Source of the DNA: Eledone cirrhosa
Taxonomy: Eukaryota
Reading direction: 5' to 3'
DNA: 64,000 nt
Assembly (NCBI GenBank): GCA_964016885.1
Contig: OZ024740.1
Coordinates: 4,092,001 to 4,156,000 of the forward strand
Under the pieces are notes generated by a model that saw only the letters and a list, made by a program, of their open reading frames with translations, made no database searches and was not told where the DNA came from. The first letter of the stretch is position 1. Each line of letters begins with the position of its first letter. This document shows positions 37,101 to 55,100 of this stretch, piece after piece. Made by a program: the position numbers and the translations under genes.

Positions 37101-40100
37101 TTAGAGGTGATTTGTAATATACCATACTACATAACACTGACACATGTGGTGGACATAGGAGGTGACAGGTAATATACCATACTACATAACACTGACACAT
37201 GTGGTGGACGTTGTAGGCGACTGGTAATATAACATACTACATAACACTGGCACATGTGGTGGACATTGGAGGTGACTGGTAATATAACATACAACATAAC
37301 ACTGACACATGTGGTGGACATTGGAGGCGACTGGTAATATACCATACTACATAACACTGATACATGTGATACGACTGGTAATATACCATACTACATAGAC
37401 TGACACATGTAGTGGACATTGGAGGTGACTGGTAATATACCATACTACATAACACTGATACATGTGGTGGTCATTGGAGGTGAGTGGTAATATACTATAC
37501 TACATAACACTGACAAATGTGGTGGTCCTTGGAGGTGACTGGTAATATACCATACTACATAACACTGACAAATGTGGTGGTCATTGGAGGTGACTGGTAA
37601 TATACCATACTACATAATACTGACACATGTGGTGGACATTGGATGTGACTGGTAATATACCATACTACATAACACTGACACATGTGGTGGACATTGGAGG
37701 TGACTGGTAATATACCATACTACATAACACTGACACATGTGGTAGACATTGGATGTGACTGGTAATATACCATACTACATAACACTGACATATGTGGTGG
37801 ACATTGGATGTGACTGGTAATATACCATACTACATGAGACTGACACATGTGGTGGACATTGGAGGTGACTGGTAATAGACCATGCTACATAACACTGAAA
37901 CATGTAGTGGACATTGGAGGTGACAGGTAATATACCATACTACATTACACTGACACATGTTGTGGTCATTGGAGGTGACTGGTGATATACCATACTACAT
38001 AACACTGACACATGTAGTGGACATTGGAGGCAACTGGTAATACACCATACTACATAACACTGACACATGTGCTGGTCATTGGCGGTGACTTGTAATATAC
38101 CATACTACATTTCAATGACTCATGTGGTGGACATTGGAGTTGACTGGTAATATACCATACTACATGAGACTGACACATGTGGTGGACATTGGAGGTGACT
38201 GGTAATATACCATACTACATAACACTGACACATGTAGTGGACATTGGAGGTGATAGGCAATATACCATACTACATAACACTGACACATGTGGTGAACATT
38301 TGAGGTGACTGGTAATATACCATACTACATAAGACTGACACATGTTGTGGTTATTGGAGGTGACTGGTAATATACCATGCTACATAACACTGACACATAT
38401 GGTGGACATTAGAGGTGACTGGTAATATACCATACTACATAACACTGACACATGTGGTGGACATTGGAGGTGACTGGTAATATACCATACTACATAACAC
38501 TGACACATGTGGTGGACATTGGAGGTGAATGGTAATATACCATACTACATAACACTGACACATGTGGTGGACATTGGAGGTGACTGGAAATATACCATAC
38601 TACATAGACTGACACATATGGTGGACATTGGAGGTGACACGTAATATACCATTCTACATAACACTGACACATGTGGTAGACATTGGAGGTGACTGGTAAT
38701 ATACCATGCTACATAACACTGACACATGTAGTGGACATTGGAGGTGATAGGCAATATACCATACTACATAATACTGACACATGTGGTGAACATTTGAGGT
38801 GACCAGTAATATACCATACTACATAAGATTGACACATGTTGTGGTTATTGGAGGTGACTGGTAATATACCATACTACATAACACTGACACATGTGGTGGA
38901 CATTGTAGGTGACTGGTAATATACCATACTACATAGACTGACACATGTGGTGGACATTGGAGGTGACAGGTAATATACCATACTAAATAACACTGACACA
39001 TGTGGTGGACATTAGAGATGACTGGTAATATACCATACTACATAACACTGACACATATGGTGGACATTGGAGGTGACTGGTAATATACCATACTACATAA
39101 CACTGACACATGTGGTGGACATTGGAGGTGAGTGGTAATATACCATACTACATAACACTGACACATGTGGTGGACATAGGAGGTGACTGGTAATATATCA
39201 TACAACATAACACTGACACATGTGGTTGACATTGGAAGTGACTGGTAATAAATCATACAACATAACACTGACACATGTGGTGGACATTGGAAGTGACTGG
39301 TAATATACAATACTACTTAACACTGACACATGTGGTGGACATTGGAGGTGACTGGTAATATACCATACTACATAACACTGACACATGTAGTGGACATTGG
39401 AGGTGATAGGCAATATACCGTACTACATAACACTGACACATGTGGTGGACATTGGAGGTGTCTGGTAATATACCATACTACATAACACTGACATATCTGG
39501 TGGACATTGGAGTTGACTGGTAATATACCATACTACATAACACTGACACATGTGGTGGACATTGGAGGTGTCTGGTAATATACCATACTACATTACACTG
39601 ACACATGTGGTGGTCATTGGAGGTGACTGGTAATATACCATACTGCATAACACTGCCACATGTGGTGGACATTGGAGGTGACTGGTAATATACCATACTA
39701 CATAACACTGACACATGTGGTGGACATTGGAGGTGAGTGGTAATATAAAATACTACATAACACTGACACATGTGGTGGACATTGGAGGTGACTGGTAATA
39801 TACCATACTACATAACACTGAAACATGTAGTGGACATTGGAGGTGACAGGTAATATACCATACTACATTACACTGACACATGTTGTGGTCATTGGCGCTG
39901 ACTGGTAATATACCATACTACATAACAATGACACATGTGGTGGACATTGTAAGTAACTGGTAATATACCATACTACATAACACTGACACATGTGGTGGAT
40001 ATTGGATGTGACTAGTAATATACCATACTATATAACACTGACACATGTGGTGGATATTGGCGGTGACTGGTAATATACCATACTACATAACACTGACACA

Positions 40101-43100
40101 TGTGGTGGACATTGGAGGTGACTGGTAATTTACCATACTAAATAACACTGACACATGTGGTGGACATTGGAGGTGGCTGGTAATATACCATACTAAATAA
40201 CACTGACACATGTGGTGGTCATTGGAGGTGACTGGTAATATACCATACTGCATAACACTGCCACATGTGGTGGACATTGGAGGTGACTGGTAATATACCA
40301 TACTACATAACACTGACACATGTGGTGGACATTGGAGGTGAGTGGTAATATAAAATACTACATAACACTGACACATGTGGTGGACATTGGAGGTGACTGG
40401 TAATATACCATACTACATAACACTGAAAAATGTGGTGGACATTGGAGTTGACTGGTAATATACCATACTACATGAGACTGACACATGTGGTGGACATTGG
40501 AGGTGACTGGTAATATATCATACTACATAACATTGACACATGTGGTGGACATTGGATCTGACTGCTAATATACCATACTACATGAGACTGACACATGTAG
40601 TGGACATTGGAGGTGACTGGTAATATACCATACTACATAACACTGATACATGTGGTGGTCATTGGAGGTGACTGGTAATATACTATACTACATAACACTG
40701 ACAAATGTGGTGGTCCTTGGAGGTGACTGGTAATATACCATACTACATAACACTGACAAATGTGGTGGTCATTGGAGGTGACTGGTAATATACCATACTA
40801 CATAACACTGACACATGTGGTGGACATTGGATGTGACTGGTAATATACCATACTACATAACACTGACACATATGGTGGACATTGGAGGTGACTGGTAATA
40901 TACCATACTACATAACACTGACACATGTGGTGGACATTGGATGTGACTGGTAATATACCATACTACATAACACTGACATATGTGGTGGACATTGGATGTG
41001 ACTGGTAATATACCATACTACATGAGACTGACACATGTGGTGGACATTGGAGGTGACTGGTAATAGACCATGCTACATAACACTGAAACATGTAGTGGAC
41101 ATTGGAGGTAACAGGTAATATACCATACTACATTACACTGACACATGTTGTGGTCATTGGAGGTGACTGGTGATATACCATACTACATAACACTGACACA
41201 TGTAGTGGACATTGGAGGTGACTGGTAATACACCATACTACATAACACTGACACATGTGGTGGTCATTGGCGGCGACTGGTAATATACCATACTACATTT
41301 CAATGACTCATGTGGTGGACATTGGAGTTGACTGGTAATATACCATACTACATGAGACTGACACATGTGGTGGACATTAGAGGTGACTGGTAATATACCA
41401 TACTACATAACACTGACACATGTAGTGGACATTGGAGGTGATAGGCAATATACCATACTACATAACACTGACACATGTGGTGAACATTTGAGGTGACTGG
41501 TAATATACCATACTACATAAGACTGACACATGTTGTGGTTATTGGAGGTGACTGGTAATATACCATACTACATAAGACTGACACATGTTGTGGTTATTGG
41601 AGGTGACTGGTAATATACCTTACTACATAACACTGACACATGTGGTGAACATTTGAGGTGACTGGTAATATACCATACTACATAAGACTGACACATGTTG
41701 TGGTTATTGGAGGTGACTGGTAATATACCATACTACATAAGACTGACACATGTTGTGGACATTGTAGGTGACTGGTAATATACCATACTACATAACACTG
41801 ACACATGTAGTGGACATTGGAGGTGATAGGCAATATACCATACTACATAACACTGACACATGTGGTGAACATTTGAGGTGACTGGTAATATACCATACTA
41901 CATAAGACTGACACATGTTGTGGTTATGGGAGGTGACTGGTAATATACCATACTACATAACACTGACACAGGTGGTGGACATTGTAGGTGACTGGTAATA
42001 TACCATACTACATAACACTGATACATGTGGTTTACATTGGAGGTGACTGGTAATATACCATACTACATAGACTAACACATGTGGTGGACATTGGGTGTGA
42101 CTGGTAATATACCATACTAAATAACACTGACACATGTGGTGGTCATTGGAGGTGACTGGTAATATACCATACTGCATAACACTGACACATGTGGTGGACA
42201 TTGGAGATGACTTGTAATATACCATACTACATAACACTGACACATATGGTCGACATTGGAGGTGACTGGTAATATACCATACTACATAGACTGACGCATA
42301 TGGTGGACATTGGAGGTGACACGTAATATACCATTCTACATAACACTGACACATGTGGTAGACATTGGAAGTGACTGGTAATATACCATGCTACATAACA
42401 CTGACACATATGGTGGACATTAGAGGTGACTGGTAATATACCATACTACATAACACTGACACATGTGGTGGACATTGGAGGTGAGTGGTAATATACCATA
42501 CTACATAACACTGACACATGTGGTGGACATTAGAGGTGACTGGTAATATACCATACTACATAACACTGACACATGTGGTGGACATTGGAGGTGAGTGGTA
42601 ATATACCATACTACATAACACTGACACATGTGGTGGACATTGGAGGTGACTGGTAATATACCATACTACATAGACTGACACATATGGTGGACATTGGAGG
42701 TGACACGTAATATACCATTCTACATAACACTGACACATGTGGTAGACATTGGAGGTGACTGGTAATATACCATGCTACATAACACTGACACATGTAGTGG
42801 GCATTGGAGGTGATAGGCAATATACCATACTACATAACACTGACACATGTGGTGAACATTTGAGGTGACCGGTAATATACCATACTATATAAGACTGACA
42901 CATGTTGTGGTTATTGGAGGTGACTGGTAATATACCATACTACATAACACTGACACATGTGGTGGACATTGTAGGTAACTGGTAATATACCATACTACAT
43001 AACACTGAAACATGTGGTTTACATTGGAGGTGACTGGTAATATACCATACTACACAGACTGACACATGTGGTGGACATTGGAGGTGACAGGTAATATACC

Positions 43101-46100
43101 ATACTAAATAACACTGACACATGTCATGGACATTGGAGATGACTGGTAATATACCATACTACATAACACTGACACATATGGTGGACATTGGAGGTGACTG
43201 GTAATATACCATACTACATAACACTGACACATGTGGGGGACATTGGAGGTGAGTGGTAATATACCATACTACATAACACTGACACATGTGGTGGACATAG
43301 GAGGTGACTGGTAATATATCATACAACATAACACTGACACATGTGGTTGACATTGGAAGTGACTGGTAATATATCATACAACATAACACTGACACATGTG
43401 GTGGACATTGGAAGTGACTGGTAATATACAATACTACTTAACACTGACACATGTGGTGGACATGGGAGGTGACTGGTAATATACCATACTACATAACACT
43501 GACACATGTAGTGGACATTGGAGGTGATAGGCAATATACCGTACTACATAACACTGACACATGTGGTGGACATTGGAGGTGACTGGTAATATACCATACT
43601 ACATAACACTGACACATGTGGTGGACATTGGAGGTGTCTGGTAATATACCATACTACATAACACTGACATATCTCGTGGACATTGGAGTTGACTGGTAAT
43701 ATACCATACTACATAACACTGACACATGTGGTGGACATTGGAGGTGTCTGGTAATATACCATACTACATTACACTGACACACGTGGTGGACATTGGAGGT
43801 GACTGGTAATATACCATACTACATAACACTGAAACATGTAGTGGACATTGGAGGTGACAGGTAATATACCATACTACATTACACTGACACATGTTGTGGT
43901 CATTGGCGCTGACTGGTAATATACCATACTACATAACAATGACACATGTGGTGGACATTGTAAGTAACTGGTAATATACCAAAATAAATAACACTGACAC
44001 ATGTGGTGGATATTGGATGTGACTGGTAATATACCATACGATATAACACTGACACATGTGGTGGATATTGGCGGTGACTGGTAATATACCATACTACATA
44101 ACACTGACACATGTGGTGGACATTGGAGGTGACTGGTAATTTACCATACTAAATAACACTGACACATGTGGTGGACATTGGAGGTGGCTGGTAATATACC
44201 ATACTAAATAACACTGACACATGTGGTGGACATTGGAGGTGACTGGTAATATACCATACTACATAACACTGACACATGTGGTGGACATTGGAGGTGAGTG
44301 GTAATATACCATACTACATAACACTGACACATGTGGTGGACATTGGAGGTGACTGGTAATATACCATACTACATAACACTGAAAAATGTGGTGGACATTG
44401 GAGTTGACTGGTAATATACCATACTACATGAGACTGACACATGTGGTGGACATTGGAGGTGACTGGTAATATATCATACTACATAACACTGACACATGTG
44501 GTGGACATTGGATCTGACTGGTAATATACCATACTACATGAGACTGACACATGTAGTGGACATTGGAGGTGACTGGTAATATACCATACTACATAACACT
44601 GATACATGTGGTGGTCATTGGAGGTGACTGGTAATATACTATACTACATAACACTGACAAATGTGGTGGTCCTTGGAGGTGACTGGTAATATACCATACT
44701 ACATAACACTGACAAATGTGGTGGTCATTGGAGGTGACTGGTAATATACCATACTACATAACACTGACACATGTGGTGGACATTGGATGTGACTGGTAAT
44801 ATACCATACTACATAACACTGACACATGTGGTGGACATTGGAGGTGACTGGTAATATACCATACTACATAACACTGACACATGTGGTGGACATTGGATGT
44901 GACTGGTAATATACCATACTACATGAGACTGACACATGTGGTGGACATTGGAGGTGACTGGTAATAGACCATGCTACATAACACTGAAACATGTAGTGGA
45001 CATTGGAGGTGACAGGTAATATACCATACTACATTACACTGACACATGTTGTGGTCATTGGAGGTGACCCGGTGATATACCATGCTACATAACACTGACA
45101 CATGTAGTGGACATTGGAGGTGACTGGTAATACACCATACTACATAACACTGACACATGTTGTGGTCATTGGCGGTGACTGGTAATATACCATACTACAT
45201 TTCAATGACTCATGTGGTGGACATTGGAGTTGACTGGTAATATACCATACTACATGAGACTGACACATGTGGTGGACATTAGAGGTGACTGGTAATATAC
45301 CATACTACATAACACTGACACATGTAGTGGACATTGGAGGTGATAGGCAATATACCATACTACATAACACTGACACATGTGGTGAACATTTGAGGTGACT
45401 GGTAATATACCATACTACATAAGACTGACACATGTTGTGGTTATTGGAGGTGACTGGTAATATACCATACTACATAAGACTGACACATGTTGTGGTTATT
45501 GGAGGTGACTGGTAATATACCTTACTACATAACACTGACACATGTGGTGAACATTTGAGGTGACTGGTAATATACCATACTACATAAGACTGACACATGT
45601 TGTGGTTATTGGAGGTGACTGGTAATATACCATACTACATAACACTGACACATGTGGTGGACATTGTAGGTGACTGGTAATATACCATACTACAAAACAC
45701 TGACACATGTAGTGGACATTGGAGGTGATAGGCAATATACCATACTACATAACACTGACACATGTGGTGGACATTGGAGGTGACTGGTAATATACCATAC
45801 TACATAGACTGAGACATATGGTGGACATTGGAGGTGACACGTAATATACCATTCTACATAACACTGACACATGTGGTAGACATTGGAGGTGACTGGTAAT
45901 ATACCATGCTACATAACACTGACACATGTAGTGGGCATTGGAGGTGATAGGCAATATACCATACTACATAACACTGACACATGTGGTGAACATTTGAGGT
46001 GACCGGTAATATACCATACTATATAAGACTGACACATGTTGTGGTCATTGGCGGTGACTGGTAATATACCATACTACATTTCAATGACTCATGTGGTGGA

Positions 46101-49100
46101 CATTGGAGTTGACTGGTAATATACCATACTACATGAGACTGACACATGTGGTGGACATTAGAGGTGACTGGTAATATACCATACTACATAACACTGACAC
46201 ATGTAGTGGACATTGGAGGTGATAGGCAATATACCATACTACATAACACTGACACATGTGGTGAACATTTGAGGTGACTGGTAATATACCATACTACATA
46301 AGACTGACACATGTTGTGGTTATTGGAGGTGACTGGTAATATACCATACTACATAAGACTGACACATGTGGTAGACATTGGAAGTGACTGGTAATATACC
46401 ATGCTACATAACACTGACACATATGGTGGACATTAGAGGTGACTGGTAATATACCATACTACATAACACTGACACATGTGGTGGACATTGGAGGTGAGTG
46501 GTAATATACCATACTACATAACACTGACACATGTGGTGGACATTAGAGGTGACTGGTAATATACCATACTACATAACACTGACACATGTGGTGGACATTG
46601 GAGGTGAGTGGTAATATACCATACTACATAACACTGACACATGTGGTGGACATTGGAGGTGACTGGTAATATACCATACTACATAGACTGACACATATGG
46701 TGGACATTGGAGGTGACACGTAATATACCATTCTACATAACACTGACACATGTGGTAGACATTGGAGGTGACTGGTAATATACCATGCTACATAACACTG
46801 ACACATGTAGTGGGCATTGAAGGTGATAGGCAATATACCATACTACATAACACTGACACATGTGGTGAACATTTGAGGTGACCGGTAATATACCATACTA
46901 CATAAGACTGACACATGTTGTGGTTATTGGAGGTGACTGGTAATATACCATACTACATAACACTGACACATGTGGTGGACATTGTAGGTAACTGGTAATA
47001 TACCATACTACATAACACTGAAACATGTGGTTTACATTGGAGGTGACTGGTAATATACCATACTACACAGACTGACACATGTGGTGGACATTGGAGGTGA
47101 CAGGTAATATACCATACTAAATAACACTGACACATGTGGTGGACATTGGAGATGACTGGTAATATACCATACTACATAACACTGACACATATGGTGGACA
47201 TTGGAGGTGACTGGTAATATACCATACTACATAACACTGACACATGTGGGGGACATTGGAGGTGAGTGGTAATATACCATACTACATAACACTGACACAT
47301 GTGGTGGACATAGGAGGTGACTGGTAATATATCATACAACATAACACTGACACATGTGGTTGACATTGGAAGTGACTGGTAATATATCATACAACATAAC
47401 ACTGACACATGTGGTGGACATTGGAAGTGACTGGTAATATACAATACTACTTAACACTGACACATGTGGTGGACATGGGAGGTGACTGGTAATATACCAT
47501 ACTACATAACACTGACACATGTAGTGGACATTGGAGGTGATAGGCAATATACCGTACTACATAACACTGACACATGTGGTGGACATTGGAGGTGACTGGT
47601 AATATACCATACTACATAACACTGACACATGTGGTGGACATTGGAGGTGTCTGGTAATATACCATACTACATAACACTGACATATCTCGTGGACATTGGA
47701 GTTGACTGGTAATATACCATACTACATAACACTGACACATGTGGTGGACATTGGAGGTGTCTGGTAATATACCATACTACATTACACTGACACACGTGGT
47801 GGACATTGGAGGTGACTGGTAATATACCATACTACATAACACTGAAACATGTAGTGGACATTGGAGGTGACAGGTAATATACCATACTACATTACACTGA
47901 CACATGTTGTGGTCATTGGCGCTGACTGGTAATATACCATACTACATAACAATGACACATGTGGTGGACATTGTAAGTAACTGGTAATATACCAAAATAA
48001 ATAACACTGACACATGTGGTGGATATTGGATGTGACTGGTAATATACCATACGATATAACACTGACACATGTGGTGGATATTGGCGGTGACTGGTAATAT
48101 ACCATACTACATAACACTGACAAATGTGGTGGTCATTGGAGGTGACTGGTAATATACCATACTACATAACACTGACACATGTGGTGGACATTGGATGTGA
48201 CTGGTAATATACCATACTACATAACACTGACACATGTGGTGGACATTGGAGGTGACTGGTAATATACCATACTACATAACACTGACACATGTGGTGGACA
48301 TTGGATGTGACTGGTAATATACCATACTACATGAGACTGACACATGTGGTGGACATTGGAGGTGACTGGTAATAGACCATGCTACATAACACTGAAACAT
48401 GTAGTGGACATTGGAGGTGACAGGTAATATACCATACTACATTACACTGACACATGTTGTGGTCATTGGAGGTGACCCGGTGATATACCATACTACATAA
48501 CACTGACACATGTTGTGGTCATTGGCGGTGACTGGTAATATACCATACTACATTTCAATGACTCATGTGGTGGACATTGGAGTTGACTGGTAATATACCA
48601 TACTACATGAGACTGACACATGTGGTGGACATTAGAGGTGACTGGTAATATACCATACTACATAACACTGACACATGTAGTGGACATTGGAGGTGATAGG
48701 CAATATACCATACTACATAACACTGACACATGTGGTGAACATTTGAGGTGACTGGTAATATACCATACTACATAAGACTGACACATGTTGTGGTTATTGG
48801 AGGTGACTGGTAATATACCATACTACATAAGACTGACACATGTTGTGGTTATTGGAGGTGACTGGTAATATACCTTACTACATAACACTGACACATGTGG
48901 TGAACATTTGAGGTGACTGGTAATATACCATACTACATAATACTGACACATGTTGTGGTTATTGGAGGTGACTGGTAATATACCATACTACATAACACTG
49001 ACACATGTGGTGGACATTGTAGGTGACTGGTAATATACCATACTACAAAACACTGACACATGTAGTGGACATTGGAGGTGATAGGCAATATACCATACTA

Positions 49101-52100
49101 CATAACACTGACACATGTGGTGAACATTTGAGGTGACTGGTAATATACCATACTACATAAGAATGACACATGTTGTGGTTATGGGAGGTGACTGGTAATA
49201 TACCATACTACATAACACTGACACATGTGGTTTACATTGGAGGTGACTGGTAATATACCATACTACATAGACTGACACATGTGGTGGACATTGGGGGTGA
49301 CTGGTAATATACCATACTAAATAACACTGACACATGTGGTGGACATTGTAGGTGACTGGTAATATACCATACTACATAACACTGATACATGTGGTTTACA
49401 TTGGAGGTGACTGGTAATATACCATACTACATAGACTGACACATGTGGTGGACATTGGGGGTGACTGGTAATATACCATACTAAATAACACTGACACATG
49501 TGGTGGACATTGGAGGTGACTGGTAATATACCATACTAAATAACACTGACACATGTGGTGGTCATTGGAGGTGACTGGTAATATACCATACTGCATAACA
49601 CTGACACATGTGGTGGACATTGGAGGTGACTTGTAATATACCATACTACATAACACTGACACATATGGTGGACATTGGAGGTGACTGGTAATATGCCATA
49701 CTACATAGACTGACACATATCGTGGACATTGGAGGTGACACGTAATATACCATTCTACATAACACTGACACATGTGGTAGACAATGGAGGTGGCTGGTAA
49801 TATAACATGCTACATAACACTGACACATATGGTGGACATTAGAGGTGACTGGTAATATACCATACTACATAACACTGACACATGTGGTGGACATTGGAGG
49901 TGAGTGGTAATATACCATACTACATAACACTGACACATGTGGTGGACATTAGAGGTGACTGGTAATATACCATACTACATAACACTGACACATGTGGTGG
50001 ACATTGGAGGTGAGTGGTAATATACCATACTACATAACACTGACACATGTGGTGGACATTGGAGGTGACTGGTAATATACCATACTACATAGACTGACAC
50101 ATATGGTGGACATTGGAGGTGACACGTAATATACCATTCTACATAACACTGACACATGTGGTAGACATTGGAGGTGACTGGTAATATACCATGCTACATA
50201 ACACTGACACATGTAGTGGACATTGGAGGTGATAGGCAATATAACATACTACATAACACTACACATGTGGTGAACATTTGAGGTGACCGGTAATATACCA
50301 TACTACATAAGACTGACACATGTTGTGGTTATTGGAGGTGACTGGTAATATACCATACTACATAACACTGACACATATGGTGGACATTGGAGGTGACTGG
50401 TAATATACCATACTACATAACACTGACACATGTGGTGGACATTGGAGGTGAGTGGTAATATACCATACTACATAACACTGACACATGTGGTGGACATAGG
50501 AGATGACTGGTAATATATCATACAACATAACACTGACACATGTGGTTGACATTGGAAGTGACTGGTAATATATCATACAACATAAAACTGACACATGTGG
50601 TGGACATTGGAAGTGACTGGTAATATACAATACTACTTAACACTGACACATGTGGTGGACATTGGAGGTGACTGGTAATATACCATACTACATAACACTG
50701 ACACATGTAGTGGACATTGGAGGTGATAGGCAATATACCGTACTACATAACACTGACACATGTGGTGGACATTGGAGGTGACTGGTAATATACCATACTA
50801 CATAACACTGACACATGTGGTGGACATTGGAGGTGTCTGGTAATATACCATACTACATAACACTGACATATCTGGTGGACATTGGAGTTCACTGGTAATA
50901 TACCATACTACATAACACTGACAGATGTGGTGGACATTGGAGGTGTCTGGTAATATACCATACTACATTACACTGACACATGTGGTGGACATTGGAGGTG
51001 ACTGGTAATATACCATACTACATAACACTGAAACATGTAGTGGACATTGGAGGTGACAGGTGATATACCATACTTCATTACACTGACACATGTTGTGGTC
51101 ATTGGCGCTGACTGGTAATATACCATACTACATAACAATGACACATGTGGTGGACATTGTAAGTAACTGGTAATATACCATACTACATAACACTGACACA
51201 TGTGGTGGATATTGGATGTGACTGGTAATATACCATACTATATAACACTGACACATGTGGTGGATATTGGCGGTGACTGGTAATATACCATACTACATAA
51301 CACTGACACATGTGGTGGACATTGGAGGTGACTGGTAATTTACCATACTAAATAACACTGACACATGTGGTGGACATTGGAGGTGGCTGGTAATATACCA
51401 TACTAAATAACACTGACACATGTGGTGGTTATTTGAGGTGACTGGTAATATACCATACTGCATAACACTGCCACATGTGGTGGACATTGGAGGTGACTGG
51501 TAATATACCATACTACATAACACTGACACATGTGGTGGACATTGGAGGTGAGTGGTAATATACCATACTACATAACACTGACACATGTGGTGGACATTGG
51601 AGGTGACTGGTAATATACCATACTACATAACACTGAAAAATGTGGTGGACATTGGAGTTGACTGGTAATATACCATACTACATGAGACTGACACATGTGG
51701 TGGACATTGGAGGTGACTGGTAATATATCATACTACATAACACTGACACATGTGGTGGACATTGGATCTGACTGGTAATATACCATACTACATGAGACTG
51801 ACACATGTAGTGGACATTGGAGGTGACTGGTAATATACCATACTACATAACACTGATACATGTGGTGGTCATTGGAGGTGACTGGTAATATACTATACTA
51901 CATAACACTGACAAATGTGGTGGTCCTTGGAGGTGACTGGTAATATACCATACTACATAACACTGACAAATGTGGTGGTCATTGGAGGTGACTGGTAATA
52001 TACCATACTAGATAACACTGACACATGTGGTGGACATTGGATGTGACTGGTAATATACCATACTACATAACACTGACACATGTGGTGGACATTGGAGGTG

Positions 52101-55100
52101 ACTGGTAATATTCCATACTACATAACACTGACACATGTGGTGGACATTGGATGTGACTGGTAATATACCATACTACATAACACTGACATATGTGGTGGAC
52201 ATTGGATGTGACTGGTAATATACCATACTACATGAGACTGACACATGTGGTGGACATTGGAGGTGACTGGTAATAGACCATGCTACATAACACTGAAACA
52301 TGTAGTGGACATTTGAGGTGACAGGTAATATACCATACTACATTACACTGACACATGTTGTGGTCATTGGAGGTGACTGGTGATATACCATACTACATAA
52401 CACTGACACATGTAGTGGACATTGGAGGTGACTGGTAATACACCATACTACATAACACTGACACATGTGGTGGTCATTGGCGGTGACTGGTAATATACCA
52501 TACTACATAACACTGAAAAATGTGGTGGACATTGGAGTTGACTGGTAATATACCATACTACATGAGACTGACACATGTGGTGGACATTGGAGGTGACTGG
52601 TAATATATCATACTACATAACACTGACACATGTGGTGGACATTGGATCTGACTGGTAATATACCATACTACATGAGACTGACACATGTAGTGGACATTGG
52701 AGGTGACTGGTAATATACCATACTACATAACACTGATACATGTGGTGGTCATTGGAGGTGACTGGTAATATACTATACTACATAACACTGACAAATGTGG
52801 TGGTCCTTGGAGGTGACTGGTAATATACCATACTACATAACACTGACAAATGTGGTGGTCATTGGAGGTGACTGGTAATATACCATACTACATAACACTG
52901 ACACATGTGGTGGACATTGGATGTGACTGGTAATATACCATACTACATAACACTGACACATGTGGTGGACATTGGAGGTGACTGGTAATATACCATACTA
53001 CATAACACTGACACATGTGGTGGACATTGGATGTGACTGGTAATATACCATACTACATGAGACTGACACATGTGGTGGACATTGGAGGTGACTGGTAATA
53101 GACCATGCTACATAACACTGAAACATGTAGTGGACATTGGAGGTGACAGGTAATATACCATACTACATTACACTGACACATGTTGTGGTCATTGGAGGTG
53201 ACCCGGTGATATACCATACTACATAACACTGACACATGTAGTGGACATTGGAGGTGACTGGTAATACACCATACTACATAACACTGACACATGTTGTGGT
53301 CATTGGCGGTGACTGGTAATATACCATACTACATTTCAATGACTCATGTGGTGGACATTGGAGTTGACTGGTAATATACCATACTACATGAGACTGACAC
53401 ATGTGGTGGACATTAGAGGTGACTGGTAATATACCATACTACATAACACTGACACATGTAGTGGACATTGGAGGTGATAGGCAATATACCATACTACATA
53501 ACACTGACACATGTGGTGAACATTTGAGGTGACTGGTAATATACCATACTACATAAGACTGACACATGTTGTGGTTATTGGAGGTGACTGGTAATATACC
53601 ATACTACATAAGACTGACACATGTTGTGGTTATTGGAGGTGACTGGTAATATACCTTACTACATAACACTGACACATGTGGTGAACATTTGAGGTGACTG
53701 GTAATATACCATACTACATAAGACTGACACATGTTGTGGTTATTGGAGGTGACTGGTAATATACCATACTACATAACACTGACACATGTGGTGGACATTG
53801 TAGGTGACTGGTAATATACCATACTACAAAACACTGACACATGTAGTGGACATTGGAGGTGATAGGCAATATACCATACTACATAACACTGACACATGTG
53901 GTGAACATTTGAGGTGACTGGTAATATACCATACTACATAAGAATGACACATGTTGTGGTTATGGGAGGTGACTGGTAATATACCATACTACATAACACT
54001 GACACATGTGGTTTACATTGGAGGTGACTGGTAATATACCATACTACATAGACTGACACATGTGGTGGACATTGGGGGTGACTGGTAATATACCATACTA
54101 AATAAAACTGACACATGTGGTGGACATTGTAGGTGACTGGTAATATACCATACTACATAACACTGATACATGTGGTTTACATTGGAGGTGACTGGTAATA
54201 TACCATACTACATAGACTGACACATGTGGTGGACATTGGGGGTGACTGGTAATATACCATACTAAATAACACTGACACATGTGGTGGACATTGGAGGTGA
54301 CTGGTAATATACCATACTAAATAACACTGACACATGTGGTGGTCATTGGAGGTGACTGGTAATATACCATACTGCATAACACTGACACATGTGGTGGACA
54401 TTGGAGGTGACTTGTAATATACCATACTACATAACACTGACACATATGGTGGACATTGGAGGTGACTGGTAATATGCCATACTACATAGACTGACACATA
54501 TCGTGGACATTGGAGGTGACACGTAATATACCATTCTACATAACACTGACACATGTGGTAGACAATGGAGGTGGCTGGTAATATAACATGCTACATAACA
54601 CTGACACATATGGTGGACATTAGAGGTGACTGGTAATATACCATACTACATAACACTGACACATGTGGTGGACATTGGAGGTGAGTGGTAATATACCATA
54701 CTACATAACACTGACACATGTGGTGGACATTAGAGGTGACTGGTAATATACCATACTAAATAACACTGACACATGTGGTGGACATTGGAGGTGAGTGGTA
54801 ATATACCATACTACATAACACTGACACATGTGGTGGACATTGGAGGTGACTGGTAATATACCATACTACATAGACTGACACATATGGTGGACATTGGAGG
54901 TGACACGTAATATACCATTCTACATAACACTGACACATGTGGTAGACATTGGAGGTGACTGGTAATATACCATGCTACATAACACTGACACATGTAGTGG
55001 ACATTGGAGGTGATAGGCAATATAACATACTACATAACACTACACATGTGGTGAACATTTGAGGTGACCGGTAATATACCATACTACATAAGACTGACAC